Origin: Paramoeba atlantica
Lineage: Eukaryota; Protista; Discosea
Length of the DNA: 64,000 bases
Direction: 5' to 3'
NCBI GenBank assembly: GCA_977017575.1
Contig: CDRNVI010000004.1
Location: 62,001-126,000 of the forward strand
Below the pieces are notes generated by a model. That model saw only the letters and a program-made list of their open reading frames with translations, was not told the origin of the DNA and did no database searches. Each line of letters starts with the position of its first letter. The first letter of the stretch is position 1. Below are positions 20,417-32,092 of this stretch, piece by piece. The translations under genes were made by a program, and so were the position numbers.

Positions 20417-23350
20417 TCACGGTACATATTTATACTCATTCGAATTTTCTACCGTTAGAAATTCTCTATCAACCAGTGACTCGAGTCGAGCATCAATGAC
20501 TGCGGTCGTTGTCAAGGGAAGATTCGTTTGAACACGCTCCGTTAATTCAGATTTACTAAGTGACCCTAGCGGTTTGATGGTACGAACAATAGCGGCATCC
20601 ACACTGTACACGCTTTCAAATGTTTTTGGTGAGGGGGCAACGTCTCCAAGCTCGACCTCTTCGGTGGTCTCACGAAAGAGTAACGGAGCACTCCCTCGTG
20701 TGGTTGGAAGTCGGAGAATGTTTCCCTTTTGTCGACCTGGGGGTACATAGTCTAGATTTACACAGAATATCTCCGTTCTAGTCGACCCATGACAGGGCAC
20801 GACGCTCAAAATTTCAGCCTCGATAAGGCTTTGAATTACGTCTTGAACGTAATCCCGTATCATTGACGCCGAATCCAGACCCAGCATAAAGGATGCATAC
20901 AGTGGTCCGCAGCCATTGTTCACAGCAGGAAGTGCGCTGGATTTATCTGTATTTTTTGGAACGTCATCGCATTCCATATCGTGGGAATCATTCTCTGTGG
21001 AACGAAACTTAGAGTGCGTGATGGCTTGGAACACTTGTTCCAAAGAAAGTGAGTTATCTTGAATCGCATCCAACACCAAAGCCTGATGAAGGCTTCCCGT
21101 GAGCTGGATGTATCTATGCTCGTTAGCAGCTTTTGCTTTTCCTCGTTTCGGGGGTAGCAAGAAACGTATCACTGCAGTGCTCAAGCAGTGGTTCCACTCT
21201 AAAGTGCGGCTCTCGTGTGACCATTTTTTGCTATAAAACTTGGTGTATTCGGAGGCGATCGCAGAAAGTCCAGAGGGCAACTTTTCCCAATTGGGTCCCA
21301 TTCGAGGCCATAATACATTATGAACAGATGCTACATAAACCTGCGTGGAGCGCTGCACCTTTCTCTTTATTTTTTTAAATTCATAAGACGTTTCTTCGCT
21401 GCATTCTACATCTCGTAACATGAGTTCCGCTTTCTGACAAAAATTTGAACCAAGCTCGGGCAGTAGGAATGTTAAAACAGCGCGCTCGTCCGCTATAGCT
21501 TTGAACACGAAACAGTCCTGGGTAGTTTCCTCTAATATGCCCAACAGTAATCGTTGGGCCAAAAACAATAAATGGTAACTCTCAAAGATCTCCTTGCTCT
21601 TCAAGCACTTTAGAATCTCAAGAACGGGATCTTCCTTCTCTAACACACTGTTGGGGTCATAATGTTTGCTGCGCCCGAATCGTAGTTTTGCATCTGCGGC
21701 AACAGCAAGCCCATGGGAAACACGACTTAAATAAGGGTTCAAGCTACGCTCTAGGATATCTCGAAATGCATTTGCTAGTGACGGTGCATTCGGAGCCTTA
21801 CAAAAGGCCACGCCAAGCACTAATCCATGTTGATAGCGAAAGAATTGAAGCAGAGCTTGTATGTAGCAGTTTAACGAAGTACGACTCGATGCAAGAGAGT
21901 TCAATTTTTCTTCAAGATAGTCTTTCCAAATGCTCTCAAGCAACGACATGGGGTGCGGAGGGATCAAATCAGGTTTCGGCGGCGTATCCAAGGACGAGGT
22001 CTTCTCTACATCCTGCTCCACTTGTGGAAAAAGCTGCAAACACTTCACTAACACGTAGAGTGCACTTACATGAATCGGAATACTGTCCTTCTGTAGAATT
22101 TTTTGTCGCGCTTGTTGCCCCGCACGTAAAAGTTTATGTTCCGTTCGCAGTAGCCATTTTCTGTCTACGGACTCGGCGTCGGAAGAAGGGACGTTTGCTT
22201 CCGTGTCAAGTAGTATACTCCACACACCAACGATGCGCTGAAATACCTCATTCACACCTGTTTTCTTAAACGTCTTGCTATAAGGCAGGCCTAAGTACGC
22301 CATACCTACTTTGAAGCTCTGCTGCACTCGTCTCAATACAGCATCTGGAGTCGAAGTTTTATAGCGATAGAGTTGTGCAATAAAAGAAGGACAGAAAACA
22401 CTGTGTTGGGGTTCAAACAAGGTTTGAATACATTCCGTCACCATGGCTTGGTCAGGCACAATGTTATGAAAATACAAAGAGGCCTCAACAAAGACTGAAG
22501 GCATTACGATCTCCATCAAATATTGTACGGGACATACAGCGTTTGACTCTAACATGAACTGATCAGCGCGTTTCTTGTAAAATTCGCGGCATGAGATTCT
22601 CAGTAGGTCTCGATAAGAGGTGCCGTCTATGTGAGCAAATCTTATTAAGCGTGCAAGGGATGATATACCCGTACGAAGTCGTCGAGCCAAGGGTTCCGAA
22701 TCACAGCCTCTATACTGATGTAGTGTGTCAATGAAAAAATGAAGCAAAACTTGTGATCGGGTGGGAAGATCACTGAGCGATAATAAAGAACCTGTAGAGG
22801 ACATGAAGTAGAGTCGGATGCTATCCTCGACTATAGACTTAAAATTGAGCTGTGGAAAAAGCTGTGAAGCTGGTCCAACTCCGTTGTTCAATACCTCCCA
22901 ACTGCATATCCAGTCATCTGCTTTCGCATCTTCCTTTAACGTTACTGCAAGGTATTCGGCCACAATGTCCTTGGCTACGTCACGCAAAAATTCAAGAGCG
23001 ACAATTGATTTCCCCTTTAGAACCGCTTGGACACTTTCGTATACCCGCTGCTTACGCGAGGTGAAGGCATCGGTGTATAAAATTTCCCGCAACGCCTGAC
23101 TGAGAACATCCTTGGCCAGGGATAGTGCAAATTTGATTTGACTAGACGACAGAATTTGTGGTGGGATCATATATGACATGGCATCTACTTTTTCCTTCCC
23201 TGCTGATGTGCCACTTGGTTTGCGTGGATCAGCAATAACGTTTCGCCTAACCGGAACACAGCCTTTGAGTAGCACCGGCGTGGTGTCGTATGGATCATAC
23301 GCAGCGCTACTTGTAATCAAAGATGCAGGCATGAGAACAAAATTAAACAA
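20417..23350 (-). CDS. Divergent cullin
   Basis: KEIFESYH..FLAQRLL, KAELMLRDV..S, RTLEWNHCLS, and winged-helix VDAAIVRTIK...IDARLESLVDREFL..YKYVP. Start may be ATG 23332. Confidence 0.85.
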   Translation of the reverse strand: MFNFVLMPASLITSSAAYDPYDTTPVLLKGCVPVRRNVIADPRKPSGTSAGKEKVDAMSYMIPPQILSSSQIKFALSLAKDVLSQALREILYTDAFTSRKQRVYESVQAVLKGKSIVALEFLRDVAKDIVAEYLAVTLKEDAKADDWICSWEVLNNGVGPASQLFPQLNFKSIVEDSIRLYFMSSTGSLLSLSDLPTRSQVLLHFFIDTLHQYRGCDSEPLARRLRTGISSLARLIRFAHIDGTSYRDLLRISCREFYKKRADQFMLESNAVCPVQYLMEIVMPSVFVEASLYFHNIVPDQAMVTECIQTLFEPQHSVFCPSFIAQLYRYKTSTPDAVLRRVQQSFKVGMAYLGLPYSKTFKKTGVNEVFQRIVGVWSILLDTEANVPSSDAESVDRKWLLRTEHKLLRAGQQARQKILQKDSIPIHVSALYVLVKCLQLFPQVEQDVEKTSSLDTPPKPDLIPPHPMSLLESIWKDYLEEKLNSLASSRTSLNCYIQALLQFFRYQHGLVLGVAFCKAPNAPSLANAFRDILERSLNPYLSRVSHGLAVAADAKLRFGRSKHYDPNSVLEKEDPVLEILKCLKSKEIFESYHLLFLAQRLLLGILEETTQDCFVFKAIADERAVLTFLLPELGSNFCQKAELMLRDVECSEETSYEFKKIKRKVQRSTQVYVASVHNVLWPRMGPNWEKLPSGLSAIASEYTKFYSKKWSHESRTLEWNHCLSTAVIRFLLPPKRGKAKAANEHRYIQLTGSLHQALVLDAIQDNSLSLEQVFQAITHSKFRSTENDSHDMECDDVPKNTDKSSALPAVNNGCGPLYASFMLGLDSASMIRDYVQDVIQSLIEAEILSVVPCHGSTRTEIFCVNLDYVPPGRQKGNILRLPTTRGSAPLLFRETTEEVELGDVAPSPKTFESVYSVDAAIVRTIKPLGSLSKSELTERVQTNLPLTTTAVIDARLESLVDREFLTVENSNEYKYVP

Positions 23351-23614
23351 AGTTATTTGTGGTCTAGAAGTGCAAAGAAAATGAATTAGTCATAGAACTT
23401 TTTTTGCATCAATACAGAAATTTGTCAATCTACCAACAAATAGTTTTAGGTAATATGCACTATGTTCCATACTCTAGTTCTTTGATTCATTTTCCTATCT
23501 TTTTATCCTAAGAATATGTCACTATAACGTGTCTAGGTATTCGTATATGCAGCGTAAGACGAACGACATACTTTAGTGCGTTGAAACGGAGCAATAAATT
23601 TATCTCCGTGGGCA

Positions 23615-24049
23615 TTAATCTTCTTTTGCCTCCTTTTTGGGGGCGCAAATCTTGGCCAAGGGCTTCAGGTACAATAAATACATGTACCGTGCTCCCTCCG
23701 TGTAAGATGCCTGTAGCCATAAAAGCACTGCAATCCTGATTGCCGCAACAAACCAATGCATTGGTTCAGAAGATGCATAAAACATGCAAGACGCCAACCA
23801 TCCGTACTCGAATGTGTGCCACAAGGAGAAAAGAATCCAATAGGAAAGCCACTGAACCTTCTGTTCCGAAATTCTCCGAGATGACAGTTTTCCAATAGAG
23901 TGCCCTTGAGAGGGACGTACAGGTGTAGCATGTGTGTCACTTAACTCTTCCGAGTCGTACCTTTCCTGGAGCAAACTCAATGTTTTATACATAGGATAGG
24001 AAACCCCAGTGGCGAGGCTTAAAACGGCTCCATAGGGCCAACCAGACAT
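23615..24049 (-). CDS. TB2/DP1/HVA22 (REEP/Yop1) family ER-shaping protein
   Basis: GVSYPMYKT, QWLSYWILFSLW and WLQASYTEGARYMY..YLKP. Confidence 0.85.
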   Translation of the reverse strand: MSGWPYGAVLSLATGVSYPMYKTLSLLQERYDSEELSDTHATPVRPSQGHSIGKLSSRRISEQKVQWLSYWILFSLWHTFEYGWLASCMFYASSEPMHWFVAAIRIAVLLWLQASYTEGARYMYLLYLKPLAKICAPKKEAKED

Positions 24050-24359
24050 TGTTTGTGCGTTCGTTATTTATGAAACAAATTCTAAGATGTAGTATCGAGA
24101 GTATGAAGAGTTAGGTGAACAATACAGAGTTCTACTTCTATGAATTGTAACATCAGTTGCACAGACCGCAAGTTATTTTATCGTTTACATTCTACAATAC
24201 AAACCAATTGCATCCACTTTATTTCTTCCTACTTTATTCTTTCAACTTTGGGAAGGTATCACTTCATGCTCAGGAATGTTTTCATTTCATTCGTACCCTT
24301 ATTCTTTATCACGTCCCGATACCCAACCCCCAAAATCAAGACACCTCTCGCACGTTCCT

Positions 24360-24647
24360 TTACGCCTTTGCGTAGCTTCGGTGTGACGGGGTTCGGGCAA
24401 CCGTCCCCTCACGAAATCCATTGCGAAAGCGGCGTTGGACAATTTTTAAATGCCGGCAGCGTCCGGTTCCTGTTGTCTTTCGCTCGATCGCTTTTACGCT
24501 CCAGTTATAACGTCGTCGCTTCGGGCGGGGGTAGGCACACGCTCCGCAGACTTTCTTGCTGGTGTGGTAAGCGTGACGACCACAGCGTGGGCACAGGTCG
24601 TGGGTGCGCCCCCGACGCTCTCCCATAGAGGTGGTTCCCTTAGTCAT
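24360..24647 (-). CDS. RPL37: 60S ribosomal protein L37
   Basis: [39 protein letters not shown]. Confidence 0.97.
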   Translation of the reverse strand: MTKGTTSMGERRGRTHDLCPRCGRHAYHTSKKVCGACAYPRPKRRRYNWSVKAIERKTTGTGRCRHLKIVQRRFRNGFREGTVARTPSHRSYAKA

Positions 24648-24988
24648 GGGTGAAAAATATGCGGGAAGAGGAAATAAATTCTTGTTTGAAAATTATTTTA
24701 TTGGTTAAAGAGAGAAGAAATCATGTGCGTTGAATTCAAAATCGATTCATGTGTGCAAAAGAAATTATCTTTAAAAAAGAGAAACCCACGTTTCCAAAAG
24801 AAAATGTTACTAAAATGTTACTGTATGAAAGAATGAACCGGGTGTTTCTATTTCTTTCCCGAGAGCACTCGAGACGTCAACTTGTAGACGTTATCTGATT
24901 GCCAACAGGTGCGGGACTCGCTTGTAGTGGAGTTCGTTGCGCGTAGCAGCTTTTATAACGATGAATGGAAACCTTATGAGGACATAAA

Positions 24989-27900
24989 CTATGAGAAGAA
25001 ATACTCGGAGTTCAGAACCTCACGTAAGTTAGAACTTCCACATGGAGGAGGCGGTGGGAAGCATGTCAGGCCATGTCGGCTCAGGTCATCTGCGTACTGC
25101 GTATTCCACTCCTGGCGAAGTATCTCCAAGGGGTTCATCTCGGAGTATAGGTTGTAGAACTCCTCTCGCAGAATACGTGACAGGGAGGACATGTTCGCCG
25201 CGTGGCACCAGTAAGAATCGTGAACAGAGGCCATAGGAAGACCCTCGTTACGCATACGTAGCGCCGTGAGTGCTAAATGGGTCGCATCCAGACTGTGAAT
25301 AAAGTTAGCACAAAACGAGGAGATGTGTTTTTTACTGGGCTGGTTTTTCTTCGTGTGTACACGAACGGGTCCACGCTGGTAATCGAACAACACGGTGTGT
25401 TTGCGTTCCCGGTAGGGCGGGACTACGTGGAACTGCAGAGGGGTGTGAAAAGACAACGGCCGACGCTCGTGAGCGGGCTGTATGTAGTACGCCAGTTCAG
25501 CTGTGCTTTTGAGCCACGCCCGTGCACGGATACATTCGGAGAAAACGGTACCGAGAGAGCGCTTTAAAATAGTGACCAAGTAGGGTGCGAGCGATCCGAC
25601 TTGCTGCTCTGTCCACGCCTGTATCTTCATATTTTGTTCAATAAGCGTTTCCCGTAGCATTCGACGCATTCCGTATTCTGTGACGCCATACACTTGGGTC
25701 ATCACGGCTCGCTTTATCGTCGACCTCCGAATGTGACAGCGCTGTCGTCCATCTTCCATATAGACAAGAAGACCAGCCAGGCGTTCGTGTGAGACTCGGG
25801 AAAAGATCTGTTTGTGCATCTCATCCAAAACAGTGTTATAAAGGTCTTGCGGTTCTGCTGCAGGAACAAGGTTTACTGCGCGGGCACCCAAGGGGTCTCT
25901 TGAGATGGCGGAGTAATGTTGAAGCCCGTTGGCCGTCCCATCGACCTGTACAGGCAAGGAAGAAGGAAACTCCTCCGGGTTCGGATACCGTAGTGCATCG
26001 GCAATCTCCTTGCATGCCACAATAAATTCAAATGCATTCTCGGCCACAGCCCAAAATTCCATTTGTGTTCCGTACGGCTTCTCCGCTACTGACACGACCG
26101 CATCAATATGGCTGTCAATAAACTGAACACGATCGTCAAAGTTTCGCTTTGTCATGCCGTACATGTTAGCCGCATGGATTTTTAACCAGCGCAACCCGTC
26201 GGGACCCAACGGTATTGGCCTCGCAAAGCGAAGGACCGAACGAACCTCCCGGATGGAAGCAATGCTAAACACTGTTGACATAGGATACACTCGCCCTCTA
26301 AAGTCCAAATGGTGGGGGATGTAGAATTCGTCTACTCCTGTAAGGTGACGAAGCTCGCGTAGGACATACCGATACCAATCCCGGTTACACTTTTCTTGTC
26401 GTATTTGACTTTTCCAATAACTTGAGTGCTTTCTACCATCTTCCGATGGGGTCGTTTTCCACGGAACAAAGCCTTGTGTCACACGGTCTATACGATACCC
26501 AGAACGCAGACCCTCTTCTTGTACTTGGATCGCGTACTTGTTCAGGGAAAAGGGAATGGATCCCATATAATTCAGAAACGATCGCATAATTTCCTTTTCA
26601 TCGAGGTTCATCGGTTCGTTGGGCGCTAAAAGCCCTGCACTGGAACGAATGATCATCCCACCTGATAGCTCGAGGAATGGGGAACCACTTTCACGTTCGC
26701 TGGTCCACTGCTGGTGCTTCAGTTGAACTGGGTAGTGCAAGTTAATTTTAATGGCTCGTTTCACTTCCCGAAAGTACAACAGAGTGGTGGACCAGTGACC
26801 TTTCGCCATGAGTGGAAACAGACCTAGTGTGCCCCGTTCGAAGCAGTCCGTAAGAATCTCGAACACCTGTTTACACATGTACCGGGCCACCGCGTTTATC
26901 CTCCCGGCATCACATCCATGGCGATGAAGCTCCGCCACAATCATTTTATTTACTCTCCATAGTTTTTTACACCTCTCTCTCTTGATAGAGTCCAGAATTG
27001 TTTTGCCATAGGGTTGACATAACTTGTCGTAGGCCACGTTGCATGCTATTGTGTTGATGGCCGGAAGAAGTGTTCTCATTCCTCCCATGTGGTCGAGTAC
27101 CAAGGAGAGTTCGCATACTCCGGTGAACACCAGTTGCAGAACAGCCTTGGCTACCCCTTCTTCTGATGAGCCTTGCGGAATAGTCACTTCCCCATCCTTA
27201 GATAACTCCCGGGGATTGTGTGCGAGCAACCACCGCATCTCGGAATCTCCTATGGGTGAAGGTTGCCCGTTGCTTTCTGCGCTTGCCGTCGGGTTAATAA
27301 AACCATTTTCTTGATTTTCCCTTCGATTCATAGTTCTTACTTCTAAGGCGACCTGGTAACACAGCGTGTCAAAAAGTCGCAACCTATTGCTCGTGGTATA
27401 GGCGGCAAAAGGCACAAACTCCAAAATGCTCTCCATGAACGCGATAGCGGGTTTCCGCACCTCCAACGGCAGATGGCTCTCCTCCGAAGTAGAAGGTAGC
27501 ACCGTGTGCAGGCCGAGCTCAAGTTTCAGGTGGTGCCTCACCACCCCACGTATCAGGTGCGGTGCGACCTCATCCGGCACCACCACACCCCACCCACTGA
27601 GCCGAAACAACAGCCGCGTCACCGCCTGCCACACCAGCACCCCAAAAGGGCTCAAGTTCCCCAACAACTCCTCACTCGTGGTACCCTCAAACATTTGACT
27701 CGGCAACGCATCCAACCGCCCATACGACGCCGTCCCCAGCCCAAGCCGGCTCCCTAGATGCGACGCCACCAACGCCTCGGTCTTCTCACACAGCAACCCC
27801 GCCACCTCCGGGTTCCACCCCCTTGCCCAGGCCTCACTGCTGGGAACGATCACTTCACTCTGCTCACCACCCCCCCCTCCCCGCGATGTCCGTACCCGAC

Positions 27901-28399
27901 CACGCGCCCAAAAGGGTCCCCCCCGGCGGCCTCGCTCCGCAGCGGGAGCACGACCCGGGGGCCCAGGGCCCTCACGAGGCTGTGGGCCACCGCGAGGCGC
28001 GCGACCCCGGGCCAGCGCCAGGCCCGCGGGAGCACGTCGCGGGCGACCGCGGCGACGGTGCCGGGGTCGGGGGCGTGGTGGGGGCGGGCGCCGTGGGCGC
28101 TGCCCGCGAGGAGCAGCGCGCGGGCCTCGAGCTCCGCGGAGGTGCGGGGGGCGGAGGGGGGGAGGAAGTGGAGGGGGGACTCGAGGCGGCGCAGGCAGAG
28201 AGGGAGGGCCTGGGCGGGGATGAGGCCGAGGGCGAGACGGGCGGTGGGGACGTGAGGAGGGGGCGGGGAGGGGAGCATGGGGGGGGGGGAGGGGGTGTGG
28301 GGAGTTGGGGGGAGTTGGGGGGAGTTGGGGGGGTTAGGCGGAAACGAGGGGAGAGGGGGGTGGGAGGGGGTGGGGAGGGGGTGGGGTGGAGGGTGTCAT
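24989..28399 (-). CDS. POLRMT: Mitochondrial single-subunit (T7-like) RNA polymerase; 5' end uncertain, frameshift in a G8 run near 27870
   Basis: HLDFRGRVYP, WLKIHAAN, PVQVDGTANGLQHY, RSTIKRAVMTQVYGVT, NFIHSLDATH, SVHDSYWCHA, ending YFFS. Upstream frame 27850..28278 joins if one G is added. Start 28399 is a guess. Confidence 0.9.
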
Positions 28400-28500
28400 G
28401 GGTGGAGGGGTGGGAAAGGTAGGTTGGGGGAAGGTAGAGGAGGGTAGAAAAGAGGGTAAGGGCGTGAAAGGATGCGAGGTGGGATAGGGAAGGGTAAAAT
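27500..28500. other. GC-rich island with C-to-G skew flip (#3)
   Basis: C-rich to about 27960, G-rich from about 28050. Confidence 0.9.
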
Positions 28501-28533
28501 TTATGTACAGATTTATGTATTACGTGGAGTGGA

Positions 28534-29934
28534 CTATGGAAATATCTGAGGAAAAATAAGGGTAAACAATTTAGTAAATTGTTTCTCTGTGCATTGTGTC
28601 TGTGCATTTGCTTGTTTACCAAGTAAATGCACAGAACTCAATGTTCGCATAAGACAATCCATCAAGACCATGCAATGTGGCCTTGGTGCCTCATCAATTA
28701 GACGAATCCACATTCGAAGCGCTGAGGACACAGTGCAATCATCGCGTTCGATAAGTTTCCCTACAACGCGATACACTAGCAGCTTTTCGATCCACACATA
28801 CATTTTTGCCTTCGTGGAAAATGATTCCCATGCAGGATCACTAAGAGCACGTTCCACAATGTCCAAAGTAGACCACCAACGTGTTGGACAAGGGGCTCGC
28901 CACTTTTCATAGGTTTTCCCGAGCTCTAGAATAGCACTTGTATCCTCTATGCTCATGATGTTCCCCATGCAGAGTTGAAGTGAATGCACAAAACACACAG
29001 TATACGCAATTCCGTTTTCATCGGCAGTCATCATCAACCCCTTTTTTATTCCTGTTCCCGCATCTGACACGACGTGAACAGCAAAGATGCGCTCAGATCG
29101 AAGTTCATCGACTGTTTCCTCAAGCAGAAGCTTGAATGCGGTGGCGTCAGTTGATGACATAGGCTTGATAGCCCAACACATTGAGATTCCTTTGTGTACA
29201 AGTGTCACGGCACATGTCGTGCGGTGGTGAATAATGGATGTGTCCATACATACACTTACATCCGAAAATTTAAATCCAAAGTCAATGCACGTTTTGGTAC
29301 GCAGTTGCTTGGCGTACTCAGTGGTAAGTTCGTTAAGCTTTTCTCTTCGAGGTGGGGTGGGGCACATTCCACGTACAATTTTGTGACGAAATATTGGGTG
29401 TTCAAGGGCCGAGGTTGGAATGCCACATTCCGATTTCCAGATTATAACATCCTTGTGGTGCTCAGGCGTCGCGGTTTGGGAACTTACGTGCAACGTTGGA
29501 TTTTCTCGGCGATATTTCTCCCTTTGCTCCGTGCACCACGCATCATAACTTTTATCGTGTTTTCGAAGATGCCTTTCTGCCGATATGTAATCGGTCTGCA
29601 GACCTCTTGCCGTCAAAAAAACGTTTTTTGCCATTCTCAGGACACAATTTGCACTCCACCATCTGCTTGTCGCCCTCTGCATTAGGTACTTGAGTAAAGA
29701 AATCTTTACAAAAAGTGCCCCGGGTGAGCTTTTCCATCGGAAAAAAAGTATCTTGTCTTGTATAGAGGCCTAATAATGAGCTGTAATGAATACAGACGAA
29801 TCAAAATCATGACGAAAGAAATTTTCGCGATTTTAAAGTATACGAAGAAAAAAAAGTTTTTGAAAGGTTTTAGAAAAAAAATAAAGTAACTTTAAAGTAC
29901 TTTCTTGAAAGTTTTAAAGTTTCCGCGAACCCTG
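28534..29934 (-). mobile_element. 3'-truncated hAT-type transposon with BED zinc finger
   Basis: BED-like FF..VECKLCP...AERHLRKH (split by a frameshift near 29620); VSVCMDTS, HVVSDAG, CFVHSLQL, PCPTRWWST. Terminus CAGGGTTCGC at 29934 with TTTAAAGT subterminal repeats. No C-terminal dimerisation domain or second TIR. Confidence 0.8.
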
Positions 29935-29981
29935 CAATTTACCTTAAAATTTCGCTAAAAACATTGTTGTAGCCATTACTA

Positions 29982-30244
29982 AACGGGGGTCCGGTTTAGC
30001 ATAGCTGTGATCTCGTACCATACCGGGGGGTATGGTATCGTGACCCAGGGTAAATAGCATACCCCCCCTGGTTTTTGAGGCAGAAAAGGTGTGATGTCGA
30101 CTTCTTGTTCGAGGTGGCCCAAGTGCATCATAACTCTATAAAGCATTATTCGTTTGTTTTATTCACTATTTATCTACCTGTAACCTGTTACCATACCTGT
30201 GACCTCGTACCATACCGGGGGGTATGCTAAACGGAACCCCCGTT
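29982..30244. mobile_element. 263-bp MITE, 22-bp TIRs, TA TSD
   Basis: AACGGGGGTCCGGTTTAGCATA versus rc AACGGGGGTTCCGTTTAGCATA; TA at 29980-81 and 30245-46. Direct repeat CTGTGA.CTCGTACCATACCGGGGGGTATG lies near both ends. Confidence 0.8.
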
Positions 30245-30292
30245 TAAAAACAAGTATTCCATAATTTTACGAGCGTTGTAGTTTTTTTCAGT

Positions 30293-30997
30293 CTATTTTG
30301 TAGTTATCATTGTTTGTTCCCAGCGAGGGAAGCCGAGATGAGGTGGCAGTTTCATGAGATTTATGACCCCTCTCAAATGGGGATTCGATTGTACTTCGAA
30401 ATATCGCAGACCTAGGGGCAGACGATCGAGGAATACTTCTCCACTAAAAAGATTATTGGTTGCATAAAATTCCACAAGACCAGAGGGAAGGAATCGGAGT
30501 TCAAGAGAGCCTTCAAACTCATTGAAACTAATATCTAATTGTGTTAGCGTTTGAGGCAAGACACTTAAGTCAGCCCCATCCGTGTGCCGGTTCCGCGCAA
30601 TGTTAATGTACTCCATTCTACGGGAGAAAAGGGAAAATGTGAGGGACTCATTCATCTTATTCTCGTAAGTATGGAGTGTTTTAAAGTTCGAACGAATATC
30701 CTCAAGTGGCAAGCCTCCGACCAAAGAATTCTGGCCAACTGCTACCTCTTCAACAGAGTCGGGAAGATGTCGCCAATGTAAAATACCGGTGAGAAGTTTG
30801 GCATTCCAGATTAGTGTTTTAATCTCTCCTTTCATATTACACATAACACCGTTCCATGAACAAGCTGCTGTGTTCATATTCCAGGTAGGCTCGTCGTGTT
30901 GCACATCAGCCAGAAAGCGAAGGAGATCGAATTCATGGGGAAGTATAGCCCCGCGCATCCGTGCAGGAGCCGACTCACGAGGTTCCAGATCTTGCAT
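30293..30997 (-). CDS. Short leucine-rich repeat protein (family member 3)
   Basis: CSWNGVMCNMKGEIKTLIW cap plus LP..L..L...N.F.G repeats. Confidence 0.85.
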   Translation of the reverse strand: MQDLEPRESAPARMRGAILPHEFDLLRFLADVQHDEPTWNMNTAACSWNGVMCNMKGEIKTLIWNAKLLTGILHWRHLPDSVEEVAVGQNSLVGGLPLEDIRSNFKTLHTYENKMNESLTFSLFSRRMEYINIARNRHTDGADLSVLPQTLTQLDISFNEFEGSLELRFLPSGLVEFYATNNLFSGEVFLDRLPLGLRYFEVQSNPHLRGVINLMKLPPHLGFPRWEQTMITTK

Positions 30998-31149
30998 AAG
31001 TGCAATAGTTTAAGGGAGAACAATAATAATTTTTATTGTGTGTGAAGCCTGGATGACTCCATGACCTGTACATCTTAAAATCCTTAAAATGGGTATCGAT
31101 GCATTTACCTTAAATACACACATTGCACGCCACAGAGAGCAAGCGAAAA

Positions 31150-31800
31150 CGGCGACGTGTTCCACCCGTACCCCCACGAAACGTAGCCCCCCTTTTCCTC
31201 CTACCTCTCCCTCTCCACCACACCCTTGATTTCCGAAACCGACACCACACACCCCTCTTTTTCATCATACTCCACCCACTCCCCTTGTTCCCCCACCCCC
31301 ACCCCGCCCCACTCCCCCCCGGTCGCACTCCCCAGCTGCCACACCGTGCGGGTGGGGTCCCACCCCGTCACCTCCGCACACCCCCTGGCCTCTACGCGGC
31401 ACACCAGGAGCCGGTTACCCCCGTCGACCACGTTCGATACGGATTCGGCCGTCTTATACTTCTTAGGACTCTTATTCGCACGGCTCGTATGCTCTGCTGC
31501 GCTCCGACTTTCCATCACCATCCGTACGGTCCCCTCTCGTTTACAAAAGTCACATCTCCAGGAGAGGTGGGCTCGAGAGGGGGAGGGGGGTGCGGGGGGG
31601 GTGCGGGGGTCGAGCACCACGTCCCGGGGGTGGGGGGTGTGACAGTGGGAACAGCGTAGGGTGAGGGCGTAGGTGGGGGGGGAGGAAGGGGAGGAGGAGG
31701 TGTCGGGGTGGAGGGAGGTGATGGATTCGGATGCAAAGGTGAGGAGGAGGTTGAAGAAGGGCATGGAGAGGGGGTGGGAAGGGGTGGAAAGGGGTTTTCT
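31150..31800. other. GC-rich island with C-to-G skew flip (#4)
   Basis: C-rich to about 31420, G-rich from about 31560. Confidence 0.85.
31201..31764 (-). CDS. CZIB: DUF866 / CXXC-motif zinc-binding protein
   Basis: LRCSHCH, WRCDFCKREGTV, EARGC, EWVEYDEK..VSV. Likely start MPFF at 31764. Confidence 0.8.
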   Translation of the reverse strand: MPFFNLLLTFASESITSLHPDTSSSPSSPPTYALTLRCSHCHTPHPRDVVLDPRTPPAPPSPSRAHLSWRCDFCKREGTVRMVMESRSAAEHTSRANKSPKKYKTAESVSNVVDGGNRLLVCRVEARGCAEVTGWDPTRTVWQLGSATGGEWGGVGVGEQGEWVEYDEKEGCVVSVSEIKGVVERER

Positions 31801-32092
31801 AGGGTTAAAAATCACTAGTGTGAGAGGTATAGTCTGAGAACACATGTATGTAGTTTTTGGTTGAAATAAGAAACGGATGAAATTGATTCGTGAAAATGAA
31901 ACGAACATGTGAGTGCTCAATATATTCCTCGTTCATGTATAGAAGAGCGTGATCTAGCATAGCAATACAAAACTTTTGTAGGCATTTGAGGTGCCCTGGC
32001 CGGTCACTTCATTGAATAAATCAAGCAAAATTGGGATCCTACTGAATAAGGTTTCTCCGTTGGTCGAATAAAAATTGGTTGTTTGGGGACAC

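Noticed and set aside
24320-24670. Additional weak skew flips at RPL37 (and RPL27, RPS28)
   Set aside because: Same polarity is hinted but the segments are short and faint; not counted without computed skew.
24989-27853. Phage or prophage T7-like RNA polymerase
   Set aside because: No phage genes nearby. It is co-oriented among eukaryotic housekeeping genes and has a long N-terminal extension, so the nuclear-encoded mitochondrial enzyme explains it.
27860-29630. Programmed ribosomal frameshifting or RNA editing at homopolymer frameshifts
   Set aside because: All frameshifts seen fall in mononucleotide runs, the typical long-read error; not claimed without read evidence.
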